A DNA stretch of 63,859 nucleotides, filler included, from Chiloscyllium plagiosum (GCF_004010195.1; 3 parts of one record of this genome joined end to end with filler, not necessarily neighbours in it), one strand, 5' to 3'. Counted from the first letter of the whole stretch, positions 13,701 through 27,992 are shown. The notes: generated by a model from the letters alone, not told the origin. Numbers and translations are program-made.

Positions 13701-13899
13701 AAGTGCTCCAAGTCCTGCAGACACCACTTTGAGTGTTCGGGTTACCCACAACTTTGTTTATTGGACATGTTAGTCAAATTTCTGTATAATTTTTGTATAA
13801 TTTTACAAAAGAAAACAGGAGTGGAGAGCATTCTCAAAACATAATTATTTATTCATATTTGGTTACGATCTAAATGAGTGTGTACACAGGATCGGCAGA

Positions 13900-14335
13900 G
13901 TAACATGATAACAAAAACAAACTGGATTTATATCAGCATTTCATGACCTCAATATGCCCCATAGCACTTCACTACCAACAAATTACTCTTGACTTGCTGT
14001 CGCCATTGAATACAGCAGCCGATTTGCTTACAGTAAGGTCTACAGATACTAACAATGTCTTGACTACTTTCCTGGGTTGCTTCAGGTATAAATATTGCCA
14101 GTACAGCACCTTGTGTTCTTCTTGGAGGACTGCAATGAAATCTTTTACATCACATAGATCAAAAGGGCTGTGGATTTAATGTCACAGCCAAAAGGCAGTA
14201 CCTTCAGCAGTGTACCTTTCCATCAGTACCACACTGAAATGCTGAACTGGATTACATGCTCAAATCTACAGCGGGACTTCGTTCCCCTTCAACCTCCTCA
14301 TGTGGAAATAAGGATGTTCCCACTGAATCATAGCT
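13900..14335 (-). mobile_element. Old SINE (DeuSINE/SacSINE1-like)
   Basis: Loose reverse-complement similarity to 39527-39985 (CAGTACTGAGGGA..CTGCACTG core). Confidence 0.45.
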
Positions 14336-15702
14336 GGCCCGATTGCAGGAATATTGAAATTTGTGTAAATCTACTCTTATACATTACATTGACTATAATT
14401 TACTTGTCTACAGATTAGAGGATAGTTTGTGAATCACAGAGGATCTTGGTCCTCTGAGGCTCCAATATATTAAAGTTGTTCTATTTGAAATTAATACAGG
14501 ATTTGTTTACTGAGATGGTGGCTGGTTTTGAAGCTTTAATTCTCACAGTAAAATACTTCCACTGGTAATATGATGCAGTTAGCAGTTCTTCAGATGATGG
14601 TGTAGAGTCCTTTACAATTTTCAGGTTTTTCATGTGAAATGGGTGTACCCACAAGTTTTGAGTTTTAGGAAACTATCAATCTCGTGGTTCTTCCTGTGTG
14701 CCAGTTATTCAGTCATTTTGAGGCCCAGATTAATAAGAGCTTACCTGCAATTTCCAATATCGGGATATCTGCAACAAAGCACTATTGCTGTAGACTGAAA
14801 AAGATGTCACAAAACTCTGAACTTAAAACTGATTACATTCTACAGTGTTGCACATGGAAGAGAGTGGGAACTGCAAAAAGGCAAAAAGAGAGATGTATCG
14901 TGTCAGGGAAGATGCAAAAGAAATGAAACTTGGCAAGCAGAGACAAGTAGGAATGGAACAGAAATTGATGAAGCTAAGAAAAGTGAGTAAAAGGAGAAAG
15001 AAATGAAAGAACAGACTGAACAACAGTGAAATGAACCAGAGAAGTAACTCAAATTGAACGCAAGGGAGAATGTTAAACAAAAATGAAGGAGGGAAGGCGA
15101 TTTTTGTTTTCCCAGTACCTTCATTCACAGCAGTGTGAGAAGCTGAGAGGCTTTAATTAAACAGCTGACCAAGAAACTTTTGAAGCCATTACATCAGGTA
15201 ATTTGTCATCTAGAGTAGCTCCAGTGAAATCATGGGTGGGCTTCCAATCATTTGTGACTATGCCTTGTGGGCAACTTAATAATGAGCTCAATAACATTAT
15301 TGTAGGTGTGTTCTGATTACCTAATTCATCATGAATGTATGTGAATTAGCCCAGCATTTCAGAAATCTGTATTTAAAATTGTACTTTCTTGTGAATTTAT
15401 AATAAAGGCAAGCAGCAAAAATAGCTTACATTTATTGTATCCATGCAGTTGGAAATATAGTTCCCTTAAAGTCAAAAATTCACATAATAAAAATTGGTAA
15501 ATTAACAGTAGCATTAAACACTAATCCAGAACTGTAATGCTTTGATAAAGACTTCAGCAGATCACACATTTCCTGTAGTTTTAAGCAAACCTAAAGAATT
15601 CTTCAGGCTACCACTGAAAATCAGATAATATAGTCGCAATATTGTCTGGAAACTGGAACAGGAATACATTGCAACACCCATCTCTGTCCAAATATGACCT
15701 TT

Positions 15703-15826
15703 GAGGGGAAAGTGAGGACTGCAGATGCTGGAGATCAGAGCTGAAAATGTGTTGCTGGAAAACAGCAGGTCAGGCAGCATCCAAGGAGCAGGAGAATTGA
15801 CGTTTCAGGCATGAGCCTGAAGAAGG
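15703..15826 (-). mobile_element. Penelope-like pseudo-LTR fragment
   Basis: Matches the family at 27993 and 63605 (GACTGCAGATGCTGGAGATCAGAG...CAGCATCC). Confidence 0.8.
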
Positions 15827-16129
15827 GTACTGAGTTGTTGCCGTGCTGTAAGACTACAGATCTGACATCCAGTGTTGAATGGGCACCACCTACCTCAGTT
15901 AATCATCAGGAATACTGAAGCCGTCATTTCTAGGTCAAAATTCCATATTGGACCGATTGATTTCATCCCACTCTACAGCCATTGAGGGTTGGAACATATT
16001 GTTTGAAACTGCAGCATTTTACTTGACCTGGAGTTGAGGTTCTTAGCCCTTTTTTCTCATCATAAAGAGCGATTGTTGACCTGTACCTCTGTAACATGAC
16101 CTGCCTCTAACCTAACTTCTTCTGCTGAA

Positions 16130-16620
16130 ACCTTTGTGACCTCTATTTGTATTGTTTTGGTTTTTGGCCAGCTTCCCATCCTTACCTTCCAACAAGTTCA
16201 ACTCATCTTTCAACCCTGCCTTTGCTGACTCCATTGGATCTGTGTGTCCCAATGCATCAAAGTTTAAATTCTCCTTTTATGTTTACATCCCCTTGCGATA
16301 TTTCCGCCTCCCTTTCTCTGTAGCCTTTTCCACCATATAACCATACTGGTCACCATGGCAACACCTAATTTCCCTTCTCACTGCAAAAACCCCTCCTTCT
16401 TCTGACCATGGATTTCAGGTCCTATCTTTCCCTCCATTTCAACCCTTTACATTCACCTCATCAAATTAATGGCCTCCCTAATCCTTGCTACATTTCTTTC
16501 CTCTCCTTTCTTTCTGATCCTCCTTAAAACATTCTTTTCCAACTAAGCATTTAGTCACTCTTCCGAAAATCATCAATTTTGCCTCAACATCTAATGATTT
16601 CTACCTACATCTCTATGAAG
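16130..16620 (+). mobile_element. Decayed L2-like LINE 3' fragment
   Basis: Pyrimidine-rich degenerate 3' region (TTTAAATTCTC..., CTCCTTAAAAC...). Confidence 0.4.
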
Positions 16621-16957
16621 CACTGTCAGATGACTTTCTAAAATCAAATACTATATAAATTATTTGTATTCATTCATCATTGTGATATTTCACCCAGTGT
16701 TAACTCTCACCTGGAACCAGGAACTCTCACCTACTCTGTTTCTCTGCTCTTTAGTCCCATACCCTTTTATATTCTTTGGGAGGTTCAGATGATTTGAGGG
16801 CAAACAAAGATTCCATATCTAAAAATAACCTCCATCGATCTCAGAGTACCATCCAAACATTTTCTTTTATTTTTCATCCCTCACAGGATATGTGCATCAC
16901 TGGCTAAGCCAGCATTTATTGCCCATTCCCTAAATAATCCCAGCTAAGTGTCAACTA

Positions 16958-17152
16958 CAATCAATTCTGCGAGAACGCGGTAGTTCCGTTCTCGGGCAAT
17001 CCCATGTTATAGGAAAGTTGCATAATAGCAGCACCATTTAAAGTGATGTGTTATAACCAAATACATGCTTTAAAAACAGTGTCCCCAATTCATCAATCAT
17101 GTTGTAGTGGATTTGTGTTAACGAAACGCATGCGCTATAGCAGAATGACCTG
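16958..17152. mobile_element. Tc1/mariner-type MITE (MER6-like) inserted in an older repeat
   Basis: TA target duplication. Imperfect TIRs CAATCAATTCTGCGAGAACGCG / TGCGCTATAGCAGAATGACCTG. The interrupted host repeat (16860-17410) is seen uninterrupted at 38915-39270. Confidence 0.7.
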
Positions 17153-18171
17153 TACGTTGCTGAGAGTCTGGAGTCACATGTAGGCCAGACTAGGTGAGCA
17201 TGGCAGGTTCCCTCACTAAAGGACATTAGTGACTCAGATGGGTTTTTCCAACAATTGGCAATGGATTTATGGTTATTGTTAGACCCTTAATTCCAGATAT
17301 TTATTGAATCATCATCTGCCATGGTGGGATTTGAACCCGGGTCCTTAGAGCATTACCAGGGTCTCTGCATTAATAGTCTAGCCATAATATCACAAAGCCA
17401 TTGTCGACCCTTGAAAACCTGCAGCAGAAATACTCTGGGAAAACGTTATGTTTAGTTCCTGGTTATATATTTAAGGATGGATCTGATATGGATAGGAAGT
17501 GAATCAGTCCACCAAGATGCTGAAATGGAAACCAAAAGGAAATGATTTGGCTTGCTGGAAGTCTGTTAAGTCAAAGACCTCCACAATACAGGAAAAGAGC
17601 CTTTGGCAAATCAAGCTTGTTGTGATCAAAGAAACAGCCACCTAACTTTTATGATCACATTTTCCAGCACTTGGCCTTTTCTCTTGTATGTGTCGGCATT
17701 GCACGTGCACATCTAAATACTTGTGGTTACGTAGCCTGCTAAGTCATGGGCTTGGCTTGATTCGATCATCCTGCTGTTATTTGTTGTCCAATTGTCAACA
17801 ATAGTTTTTAATCTGGAATGAATGAATTGGCCTTTTGGTTTGAGACTCAGTTCAGTCTTTTAATAATCACTCTAAACCTGCAAGTCCTGAGATGAGACTC
17901 CATGTTTAAGCACCTCTGAAGCTACACAAATCATTTAACCTGAAAATACAAATATTCTTGATAAAACTCTAGTATCATTTCCAATCACATGAGCAATTTT
18001 GTGCATATAAAAGAAGCTGGCTTCCTTTCAATCATCCTCCCTTATGACAGGCTTCGCCAGCTGTTCATTTTAGGTGAAATAATTAGAATTAAATTTTCTC
18101 CAAGTTCCCAAACCTTGTTTTTGGCTCCCAGATTGATATCGAAGGATTCCAGTGGTAGTCATCACATCAGT

Positions 18172-18368
18172 AAAGAATCACACAACATCAGGTTATAGTC
18201 CAACAGGTTTATTTGGAAGCACTAGCTTTCGGAGCGCTGTGCTTTCATCAGCTAGAGAAGGAGCAGTGCTCCGAAAGCTCGTGCTTCCAATTAAACCTGT
18301 TGGACTATAACCTGGTGTTGTGGGATTTTTAACTTTGTACACCCCATTCCAACACCGGCATCTCCACA
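18172..18368. mobile_element. Penelope-derived fold-back mini-element with 13-bp TSD
   Basis: Arms AATCACACAACATCAGGTTATAGTCC... / ...GGACTATAACCTGGTGTTGTGGGATT. TCATCACATCAGT at 18159-18171 and 18369-18381. Confidence 0.8.
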
Positions 18369-19621
18369 TCATCACATCAGTGGATACCATTAGTCCACAG
18401 GATAATTTCCCTCTGATATTCTGTCCCATTGAAGCGATTTCAGATCATTTCTACCCAGTGACATTACTTCAACAACATCCCAAACACAATTCTGTAAGGT
18501 TCTATCATATTTAACAGTAAATTATACTGCATTGGATTTTCCTTAGTCGCAGTGATACAGCTCCAAGTCTTTGAAAAACTGAGAACTTCAAATTTAAACC
18601 CAATAATTGACTTGGTGTCCAATTTTTCAGTTGACAATAATACGTTCATTTTTGATTGTACAATGCCATTTCATGACTGAACACCCTTTTGAACAGATGA
18701 GAATCAGTAGGAATTCAAATCTAATGGATAAAAACAGTAATTAACATGCAAGCTAGCATTCAGATCATATTTGCATAACAAGAATGGACTGATTTAAGAG
18801 ATTCCCTCTGTCAAGTTAATTTGCATGTTTGGTAACTTGGATGTTCACATTTTTGATCTGGTTCTGCATTAGAACTAGTCTTGTACTGTTAGCTGCAAAC
18901 TCATATCACACAAATAGATTTTCCAAGATTGACCAGTCAACTTGAAACTTTTGGGGCAGCAGTGGGGGGATTTACAAATGATCTTAATGATAATATGGCA
19001 AATTAGGGGCTTTCTAGAATATTTATTTGCATCGTCGAACATTTCATTTCCTGAAGATTAAAATGTATTAGTACAGTTTTTATTACTTGTGAGAGCTGTT
19101 CCTGTCCATGTTAGCATTTGTGATGCTATTATGCAGACTGTGTCAGTGCAATTTATGATTTCTTTCAGCCTAACTCTGTGAAGGACTGCACTTCATGTTG
19201 GTCTAATGGTATTTAATCATTGGCAGTTATTTTGACTTATCCCTTTCAACGACATAATTCCTTAACTCCCCACAGCTTCTGAAACTCTTTTGTTTACTCA
19301 TCCTTTAAAAATAAATATTGCTGTGTTTTACGCAGCAAGACATAAAAACGCTTCTCAACCTTAGACCTTTTGTCTCCATTGTGCATCCTGTTGACCGATC
19401 AGTGCCCTGATGTGTGATTCACAATCAGGTCATTCACCCCTGCCTGGTTCAATGCACTTTACTGGGGAACTGTAGAGGAATACAAGGAGAAGATGTATTT
19501 TTATCACTGAAATTGTGCCAGTGGCATGCAGCTTCCTGTATTAGTTCCCAAAACAACTGGATATTGCAAATCTGAGTGTGTTTGTCGAATAATTGGTCAG
19601 CACCAATTAAGCCGTGATGGT

Positions 19622-21311
19622 CATAGAATCGTAGAGATGTACAGCATGGAAACAGACTCTTCAGTCCAACCCATCTATACCAATCAGATATCCAACCCAA
19701 TCTAGTCCCACCTGCCAGCATCCGGCCCATATCCCTCCAAACCCTTCCAACTCATATACCCTTCCAAAAGCCTTTTAAATCTTGCAATTATACCGGCCTC
19801 CATCACTTCCTCTGGCAGCTCATTCCATACCCGTACCACCCTCTGCATGAAAAGGTTGCCCCTTAGGTCCCTTTTATATCTTTCCCCTCTCACCCTAAAC
19901 CTATGTCCTCTAGTTCTGGACTCCCCGACTGCAGGAAAAAGACTTTGTCTACTTATCCTATCCATGCCCCTCATAATTTTGTAAATCTCTATAAAGGACC
20001 TCAGCCTCCAACGCTCCAGGGAAAACAGCCCGAGCCTGTTCAGCCTCTCCCTGTAGCTCAGATCCTCCAACCCTGGCAACATCCTTGTAAATCTTTTCTG
20101 AACCCTTTCGGATTTCACAACATCTTTCCGATAGGAAGGAGACCAGAATTGCATGCAATATTCCAACAGTGGCCTAACCAATGTCCTGTACAGCTGCAAC
20201 ATGATGTCCCAACTCCTGTACTCAATACTCTGACCAATAAAGGAAAGCATACCAAATGCCGCCTTCACTATCCTATCTACCTGCGACTCCACTTTCAAGG
20301 AACTATGAACCTGCACTCCAAGGTCTCTTTGTTCAGCAACACTCCCTAGGACCTTACCATTAAGTGTATAAGACCTGCTAAGATTTGCTTTCCCAAAATG
20401 CAGCACCTCGCAATTATCTGAATTAAACTCCATCAACCACTTCTCGGCCCATTGGCACATCTAATCAAGATCCTGCTGTAATCTAAGGTAACCTTCTTCA
20501 CTGTCCACTACACCTCCAATTTTAGTATTATCTGCAAACTTACTAACTGTACCTCTTATGCTCGCATCCAAATCATTCATGTAGATGACAAAAAGTAGAG
20601 GACCCAGCATCGATCCTTGTGGCACTCCACTGGTCACAGGCCTCCAGTCTGAAAACAACCCGCCATCATCACCCTCTGTCTTCTACCTTTGAGCCAGTTT
20701 TGTATCCAAGTGGTGAGTTCTCCCTGTATTCTGTGAGATCTAACCTTGCTAATCAGTCTCCCATGGGGAACCTTGTCAAACGCCTTACTGAAGTCCATAT
20801 AGATCACATCTACCGCTCTGCCCTCATGAATCCTCTTTGTTACTTTTTCAAAAAACTCAATCAAGCTTGTGAGACATGATTTCCCATGCCCAAAGCCATG
20901 TTGACTATCCCTAATCAGTCCTTGCCTTTCCAAATACATGTACATTCTGTCCCTCATGATTCCCTCCAACAACTTGCCCACCAACGACGTCAGGCTCACT
21001 CATCTATAGTTCCCTGGCTTGTCCTTAATACCCTTCTTAAAGAGTGGCACCACGTTAGCCAACCTCCGGTCTTCCGGCACCTCACCTGTGGCTATCGATG
21101 ATACAAGTACCTCAGCAAGATGCCCAGCAATCACTTCTCTAGCTTCCCACAGAGTTCTAGGGTACACCTGATCAGGTCCTGGAGATTTATCCACCTTTAT
21201 GCGTATCAAGACATCCAGCACTTCTCCTCCGAAATATGGACATTTTGCAAGGTGTCACCATATATTTCACTACTTTCTATATCTTCCATATCATTTTCCA
21301 CAGTAAATACT
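19622..21311 (-). mobile_element. 5'-truncated CR1 LINE with RT domain (frameshifted)
   Basis: ORFs 21000..21221, 20634..20999, 20461..20658 and 19702..20460 (KSPGPD, QHGF, MDFSKAFDKVPH, GVPQGS, FADNTK). Confidence 0.93.
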
Positions 21312-21757
21312 TGATAATGTGGATGAGCAGAGGGATCTTGGTGTCCATGTACACAGATCTTTGAAAGTTGCCACCCAGGTAAATAGTGAGGTAAAGATGG
21401 CATATGGCGTACTGGCTTTTAAGAGGTGTACAAGATGATTAGGGGTTTAGATAGGGTTGACCGTGAGAACCTTTTTCCACTTATGGAGTCAGCTATTACG
21501 AGGGGTCATAGCTTTAAATTAAGGGGTGGTAGGTATAGGACAGATGTTAGGGGTAGGTTCTTTACTCAGCGAGTTGTGAGTTCACGGAATGCACTGCCAG
21601 TAGCAGTGGTGGACTCTCCCTCTTTATGGGCATTTAAGCGGGCATTGGATAGGCATATGGAGGATAGTGGGTGAGTGTAGGTTGGGTGGGCTTGGATCGG
21701 CGCAACATCGAGGGCCAAAGGGCCTGTACTGCGCTGTATTCTTCTATGTTCTATGTA
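21312..21757 (+). mobile_element. CR1 LINE 3' fragment of a second subfamily, internally deleted
   Basis: ORF 21426..21674 (YKMIRGLDRV..RFFTQRVV); CTATGTT tail. Confidence 0.85.
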
Positions 21758-22388
21758 ACTGCGGAAGGCTCTTTATGAAGAATGGAGATGAGCAAGATGA
21801 TGTCAAATAGGATAGCGAAATAATTACAGGGATTGAAACCACAAACTGTCATGACTTTATGATGTAATAACTGACAAAAAATATAATTCTCACCAGGACA
21901 GAGAAACAATCTCAACCGACTTTTAGCCCTCGTGCCTTCAGTATGATATGGTTACCTCTCAGTCTTGTGCCAACTTGACTACAAGCTGACTGAATAACTT
22001 ATATCTGGAGGAAATAGAGGGGGCAATGGACCAGGTCGGAGTCTTTTTTAACTTTAATTCCTGTTTTTGTGACCAATGGTTATACTGTGTCAGCTTTAAT
22101 GTAACTATTTTCTCTTCATTTCTCTATGCTATAAATAAGGATTGTACCTCGGTACTCTGTACCTAAAATGTGTTGGTGACATTGTTGCACTAACTAATCT
22201 GTAACTGAAGAAGCTGTACCTAGATACCTTTGTACCTAAGATGGTGCCTTAAGTGGTGATTTATAAACTCTTCACTGCACTCATTTGAGTACATGTGACA
22301 ATAAAGCTAATTCAACTCAACTCAGTTCAAATAGTCACACAAATTACAAAGTCCAAGATATTGTTTTCTTCACTTGGTGCAATCACAA

Positions 22389-22453
22389 AGGAATACATCC
22401 TCAAGGTATACATCCTCAAGGTATACATCCTCAAGGTATACATCCTCAAGGTA
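22389..22453. repeat. 15-bp minisatellite (AGGTATACATCCTCA) x ~4.3
   Basis: Read directly from the sequence. Confidence 0.95.
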
Positions 22454-25400
22454 CTATTTTCTTCATTTGGTGAAAAAGCCTTAGGATTCCTGGAGAGTGG
22501 CCAAAGTGGAGGAACCTGAGTGCTTGCAAGGACTGCACTTAAGAAAAACTATTGAACTTTTATCTTGATTCCTTATTTTTCCACTTAATACTAAGAAGGG
22601 CTATAATGTTAACTTTCAACTTTATTTCAGTATTTTTCTGCTTATACTAAGAATAACAGTAATGCTTCCTTTAAACTCTGTTTCTCTAACTTACTACTTG
22701 TGCCTAAGTATTGTACTGAGGTACCTTTGTACCTAAGGTGGCACCGTGTGTGGTAACATTGTACATATTTCACTGTACTCCTCTATTCTGTCCTAGAGTA
22801 TACATGATAATGAAGCTTAAATCAAAATCAATTCACAACCCTGCAAAACCAAAATGTTGGAGGAATATCACCTTGATCCATTTAGGAGCTTCCAAATGTT
22901 TAATTGAAGCTGCAACAATCGATTAATGATCTCACTGCTTTGGACACAAGGTGTTATGGGACTGAGCAAGCAAGTCCCAGCTTTGAGGCACAATTGGTGC
23001 TGAGGTCATGAAGTCACTTAAGGTTTGACTGTCATCAAGGCCAAGATAAGATGTAGTGATGAAGCATTTCACCTACAGCTAGATAATATTGAATCTGCAG
23101 CAAAATAATGCCAACCTGTGGACCTCTTATGCTGGTATCCCAAAATGAATGAGTACATTTGAAGATAGTAAGAGGACATTTTGGACAGGAGTTAAGTCAC
23201 AATATACTACTCATATTGTGCTACCTCAACTGTCTTCTCTCATTGACAGCTAGCTGCCAAGCTTAATATTGACAGCACAGGTATAAGGTTAATATCTTTA
23301 GTCTGTGGCTTACTGATGCAGAAGAAAAGATTGGTGTATAGCTCAAAAGGTATCAGTAGGTGGGAATGATGAAATAGAAAAAAATCAATTCAAAGGACGT
23401 GGCTCTAATAAATGGAGTTTACTCGGAATGGAGCAGGAACTGGTCAATGTTATTTGATACAAAGAAATTTCAGCAGTCAGAAGCAAAGAAGAATTTGACA
23501 ACACCAGTTTCAATTGAATTTTAACCCAGGTCATGGAGAGGAAGAAAGGTGGTAAGCCCACTAACGTTCATTGTGCCAGGCAGTACTTCATTAAACAGGA
23601 AGCCTTATATAATTTACAACTAACAATTTTTAACAAATTTAAGTACATTGCAAAAATATTGCCCTCCATTTTAGCACTTGAAAATCTGTTTGGGTGGAAT
23701 GTTTCAGGTAAACTGATTTATTCTCTTAGGTCTCAAGTCTCACATCACATAAGTGCCATGCACCGACTCTCACCAATAGGCTAACAACCTCCTGGTCACA
23801 TTCTGTTGTACTGCCATTTGCTTAATGTGCCACCATCAACATCCTGGCAGCTGACATTTTCCAGAAGATCAACAAAAACCAGCAACACGACTACCATGGC
23901 TTCTAGAGCAAGTGAGGGGAAGGATAGTCTCTGGTGAGTGACTCATCTCTCACCTCTCCACCACCCACAAGTGGTGTACAGGAATACAGTTGAATTATTT
24001 CCATTTTCCTGGCTGCGTGAAGTTCCAACAGCAATCCAGAAGCTTGATGCCATCCAGGACAAAACATGACCACCTCATCCTGCTCGCACTGCATCTACCA
24101 GCTTAACCCTTTACTTCCTTCACCACCAGCTCACCATGGTTACAGTCTGTTCATTTATTAAGATACAACAGCCACTCACTAATGTTTCCTTGGTAGCAAA
24201 CCTGGAAGGAAAAGGAGTTCGAGTGGACAGAATTTAAAGAGGTGGGTAAGGCGGAAATGTTGGGGATAGTTTGGGGAGTGGGAAGTGAGAAATTGATTGA
24301 AATGGAGAGTGAAGGTACAATACATGTTGCTTTTCCAATGATGTAAAATGATATTGCCAGAGGGATGGAGGACCACTTTCCCAGTGGACCTGGACTGGCC
24401 AATAAAGACCTCTTCCAGTCACCACAGGCACTTTAGTAGTACAGTAGGTGGGGGAGGGGATGTTTGGCATTGCCAGTTTGGGAGATGGTCCAGTAAAATC
24501 TGATGGCTTACCTGCAAACAGGAAGAGGAACACCAGCTGATAGGGCACGCTGGGCCTGTGAAGGACACCACAGTCACCCTCCCAGTGCCAAGAGCATCTC
24601 CTGAAAAGGCTCCCCTGACCAGTCAGCCTCTCCTTCCTGGAACCAGCCTGACTGCACACACTGACCTTGACTAACCTTGGTCCACAATGCTGCTGCAGAC
24701 TAAGCATTGTCCTTACTGTGGCCACCAGTCCTGGTGACACTGCCCTGACTGGGAAGTTTCCAGCTGTCAAAGACAGCTCTTGGAGGCAAGATCTAGTCCC
24801 TTGAAAGGACTGAAGTGCTGACAGCAGTTACTGGCTGCTAGATTGCCTCAGAATCTGGGCAGGGTTCCCTGAATCAGCCAAAGTGGTGTTACCCCATCAG
24901 CTCACCCTTGGGTCCACCGCTGTGCTCCAGAATAATTTACCCCCAAGCATGTGGGAGCACCACATACAGAAACTCATTTTTGGGATTCCCCACATAGGGT
25001 GACATCTTAAAGGTTGATAATATTCTTACACTTAGGGACTGTGTCAATAAATTTAAGGAAAATAAAGGCAGGACAGGTGGCATGGCCCCCTTTATTTTCC
25101 TTAAGTTTAATGTGACCTGTTGTGCGGCCTGCCTGACAGCGAAGTGGGTGGTTTAATTGTTACAAATGAACAAGAAACTCAGATTGTTTCGCTGAGAGAA
25201 AGGTGCAGTGTATTTATGGCGTGGAAACAATAACTGCAGTCTCTGAGTAAGCAACAAATAGATTCCGAGTCTCCAAACGTCTGAGAAAAATGATTTTTTT
25301 TTGTTGTAAACAGTTGTGTTATAAAATGTCTATTTAATTTTATGGTGAAATGGGGTGGAGAGCAAAGATAAATAAATAGATACAACACTAACATGTTTCC

Positions 25401-26019
25401 ATTGCCATAGAGAAGATAAAGTAAGACATTTTTGAGATCAGGCTTCCCTCTAAATGTAGGAATATCACAACCAGATAAGGGCGATTTGATCGTTCTCTCT
25501 TGATTGGTGTGTAGATATTTGGGAGGTAAACAACAAGACAGGCTCCATATTAAGCAGAGAAAATGCTGCCACTGTTGTTCAACAGGCAGGTCATGAGTGA
25601 CAGCTTGCAATCAGGTCGAAGATTGAGTTTGTGAGGGTTTAAAAGGGGCAAGGAACTTGGCTTATCTTGGAACTGAAAGAATGGATCAACAATCAAACCT
25701 TCACTCTAGGAAGGGCAGTTCTGGATTAGAAGTTAGAAACAAAAACAGAAAATGCTGGAAAAACTCAGCAGATTTCACAGTATCCATTGAGAGAGAGAGA
25801 CAGAGTTAACATTTCAAGTCTGAAATAACTCTTCTGCATTACCTGGTTGGGGAAGTGAAAAAAACAAATGACACCTTTGGGAGCTGAGGCAAATGTTAGA
25901 CCGGTTCCCAAGGATGTAACCATTATGGGATGTTTTGGGTCATGCCCAAAGGTAAATGGGAAAGCTCTTTTCTTAGTTTATGAAAAGTTTATGTCTATCA
26001 AAAAGGCAACATTTATTCA

Positions 26020-26885
26020 AGGCAACGCAACAATTGGTGGAGTTATGGATAGTGAGCAAGGTTGTCAAAGGTTAAAGCAGGATATAGATCATTGGAAAGT
26101 TAAACTGAGAAATGGTACGTGGAGTTTAATGCACACAAATGTGAAATGATGAGAGGTCAAATGCAAGAGGAAAGTATACAGCAGATGGCCAGCCTTTAGG
26201 AGCATTGATATATAGAGATATCTTGTTGTGCAAGTCCTTAGCTCCCTGGAAGTGGCAACACAAATTAATAAGGTGACAAAGAAAGCATTGGCATGCTTGC
26301 CTTCATGAGACAGGACATTGGAAATAAAAGTTGGCAAGTCTTGTTGCAGCTATATAAAGCTTTAGTTAGGCCAGTTCTGGTCACCACACTATCAGAAGGA
26401 TGTGGAGGCTTTGTATAGTATGCAAATGAGGTTTGCCAGGATGTTGTCTGGTTTGGAGTCTATTTGTTCTAAGGAGAGGTTTGTCAAACATGGATTGTTT
26501 TTGCTAGAGACTGATGGGTGACCTGATGGAAATGTATAAAATTATGAGAGATGGGGTGGCTAGTCAGAATCTTTTTCTCAGATTGAAATGTCAAATAATA
26601 GGAGGTATAATTTTAAAGTAAGAGGTGGAAAGTTTAAAGGAGAAGTGCAAGGCAATATTTTTGAGGGTGGTAGGGTGGAACATATTGCCAGGGGAGGTAG
26701 TAAAAGCAGATATGTCAGCAACATTGAAGAGGCATTTAGACAGACACATGAGCGGGCAGGGAATAGAGGGATATGGACCATGTGCAGGCAGATGGGATTA
26801 ATTTAGAATGGCAACATGGTTGGCTCAGACATAATGGGGCTGAAGGCTCTGTTCCTGTGCTGAACCTGTACTGTTCTGTGCTCTA
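26020..26885 (+). mobile_element. Degenerate CR1 LINE 3' fragment
   Basis: ATIGGVMDSEQGCQRLKQDID and downstream CR1 ORF2/3'UTR similarity. Confidence 0.8.
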
Positions 26886-27140
26886 ATTGTGTTTCACGGT
26901 CATTTCTTACAGTAGAAGATTCAACTTGTGTTTTCTTGATGTGTCATTCTTTCATCTTTTAACAGGACATTTGAATTTCTTTTTAAATATTATTGGTGTC
27001 ATTGGAAATTATATCAATAATTATACCCCGTCTTGATATATGTAGCTTTTCCTTCATCAATGGGTCAAAATCCTGAAAGTACCTAATTAATACCAACGTA
27101 GACATGCCTCCAGCCCATAGACTGCAAGAAGACAGAACAC

Positions 27141-27632
27141 TGTCATTGGAGTGGTACCCTCCAGGAAGTTATGCCCTGCTGTTCCCAGAGTTATCAAATA
27201 AGTTCAAGATTCTTTATCTGCTGAAGCAAAGATCAGCTAGTTTTCTTCAGGTTTAAAGTGACTTGCTGTAGAGAGCTGAGAGAGAGATACTGAGTTTGTG
27301 TTTGCTGCAAACCTGCTGGTTTCTCAGCCACTCAGATCAGTTTCTTGTTAACAGCCCAAGTTGTTCAGCGAGCTGGCAACCAATCAGTTTGCTGTTGGCA
27401 GGCAGAAGACCCTTGTCACCGATAACTGATCCCCGACCACGAATTAATCAGCTTCATTTGTAGCCCACCCCTCGACTCCAGTTGGTCTGCACATTGCCCT
27501 TAAAGAGGGTTTGCAATGTGTATCACTTTTCTAACTTTCAAAACACGCAGTGTTCCTGATAACCCTGGTTCAAAATCAGTTCCTCCATAGTTTTAAAAGA
27601 CACTAAACCTAATAAAACGTGCAGTCTTTACA
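27141..27632. mobile_element. Possible solo LTR
   Basis: TG...CA ends, ~490 bp, imperfect 4-bp flanks ACAC/ACAT, interrupting an older repeat. Confidence 0.4.
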
Positions 27633-27992
27633 ACATCCTTACCTCAAGAGTTAGTTTTTTATGAAACAAGATGCTGACCTTGCCAGGGACATCCATACTG
27701 CGAAAATGATTGTAAACAAAATAATGTACTTTGCCAGCTTATGTACTGTGATTAAAAGATAGCTGAGAATTCCGATGCAAATTTTCAACCCAGAGTGACA
27801 GTGATGACATTGGAATATTGAAATTGATATTGGCATTTATAGTGTCTAAATTTTCAAGCTTAATGGAAACTAATGTACATATTCTTACTGGTTTCAGCAC
27901 TACTCTTGAAAGTAACTATATTTCATGGTGAAATAGTTAAGTGATTTTGAAAGCAAATTTCTTATCTTTGTCAAGGCAGAAAAAATGTTTAG

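Noticed and set aside
22285..22519. ORFs with QGIHP or KVYIL repeats; superficially CRISPR-like repeat
   Set aside because: Spacerless 15-bp minisatellite in eukaryotic DNA.
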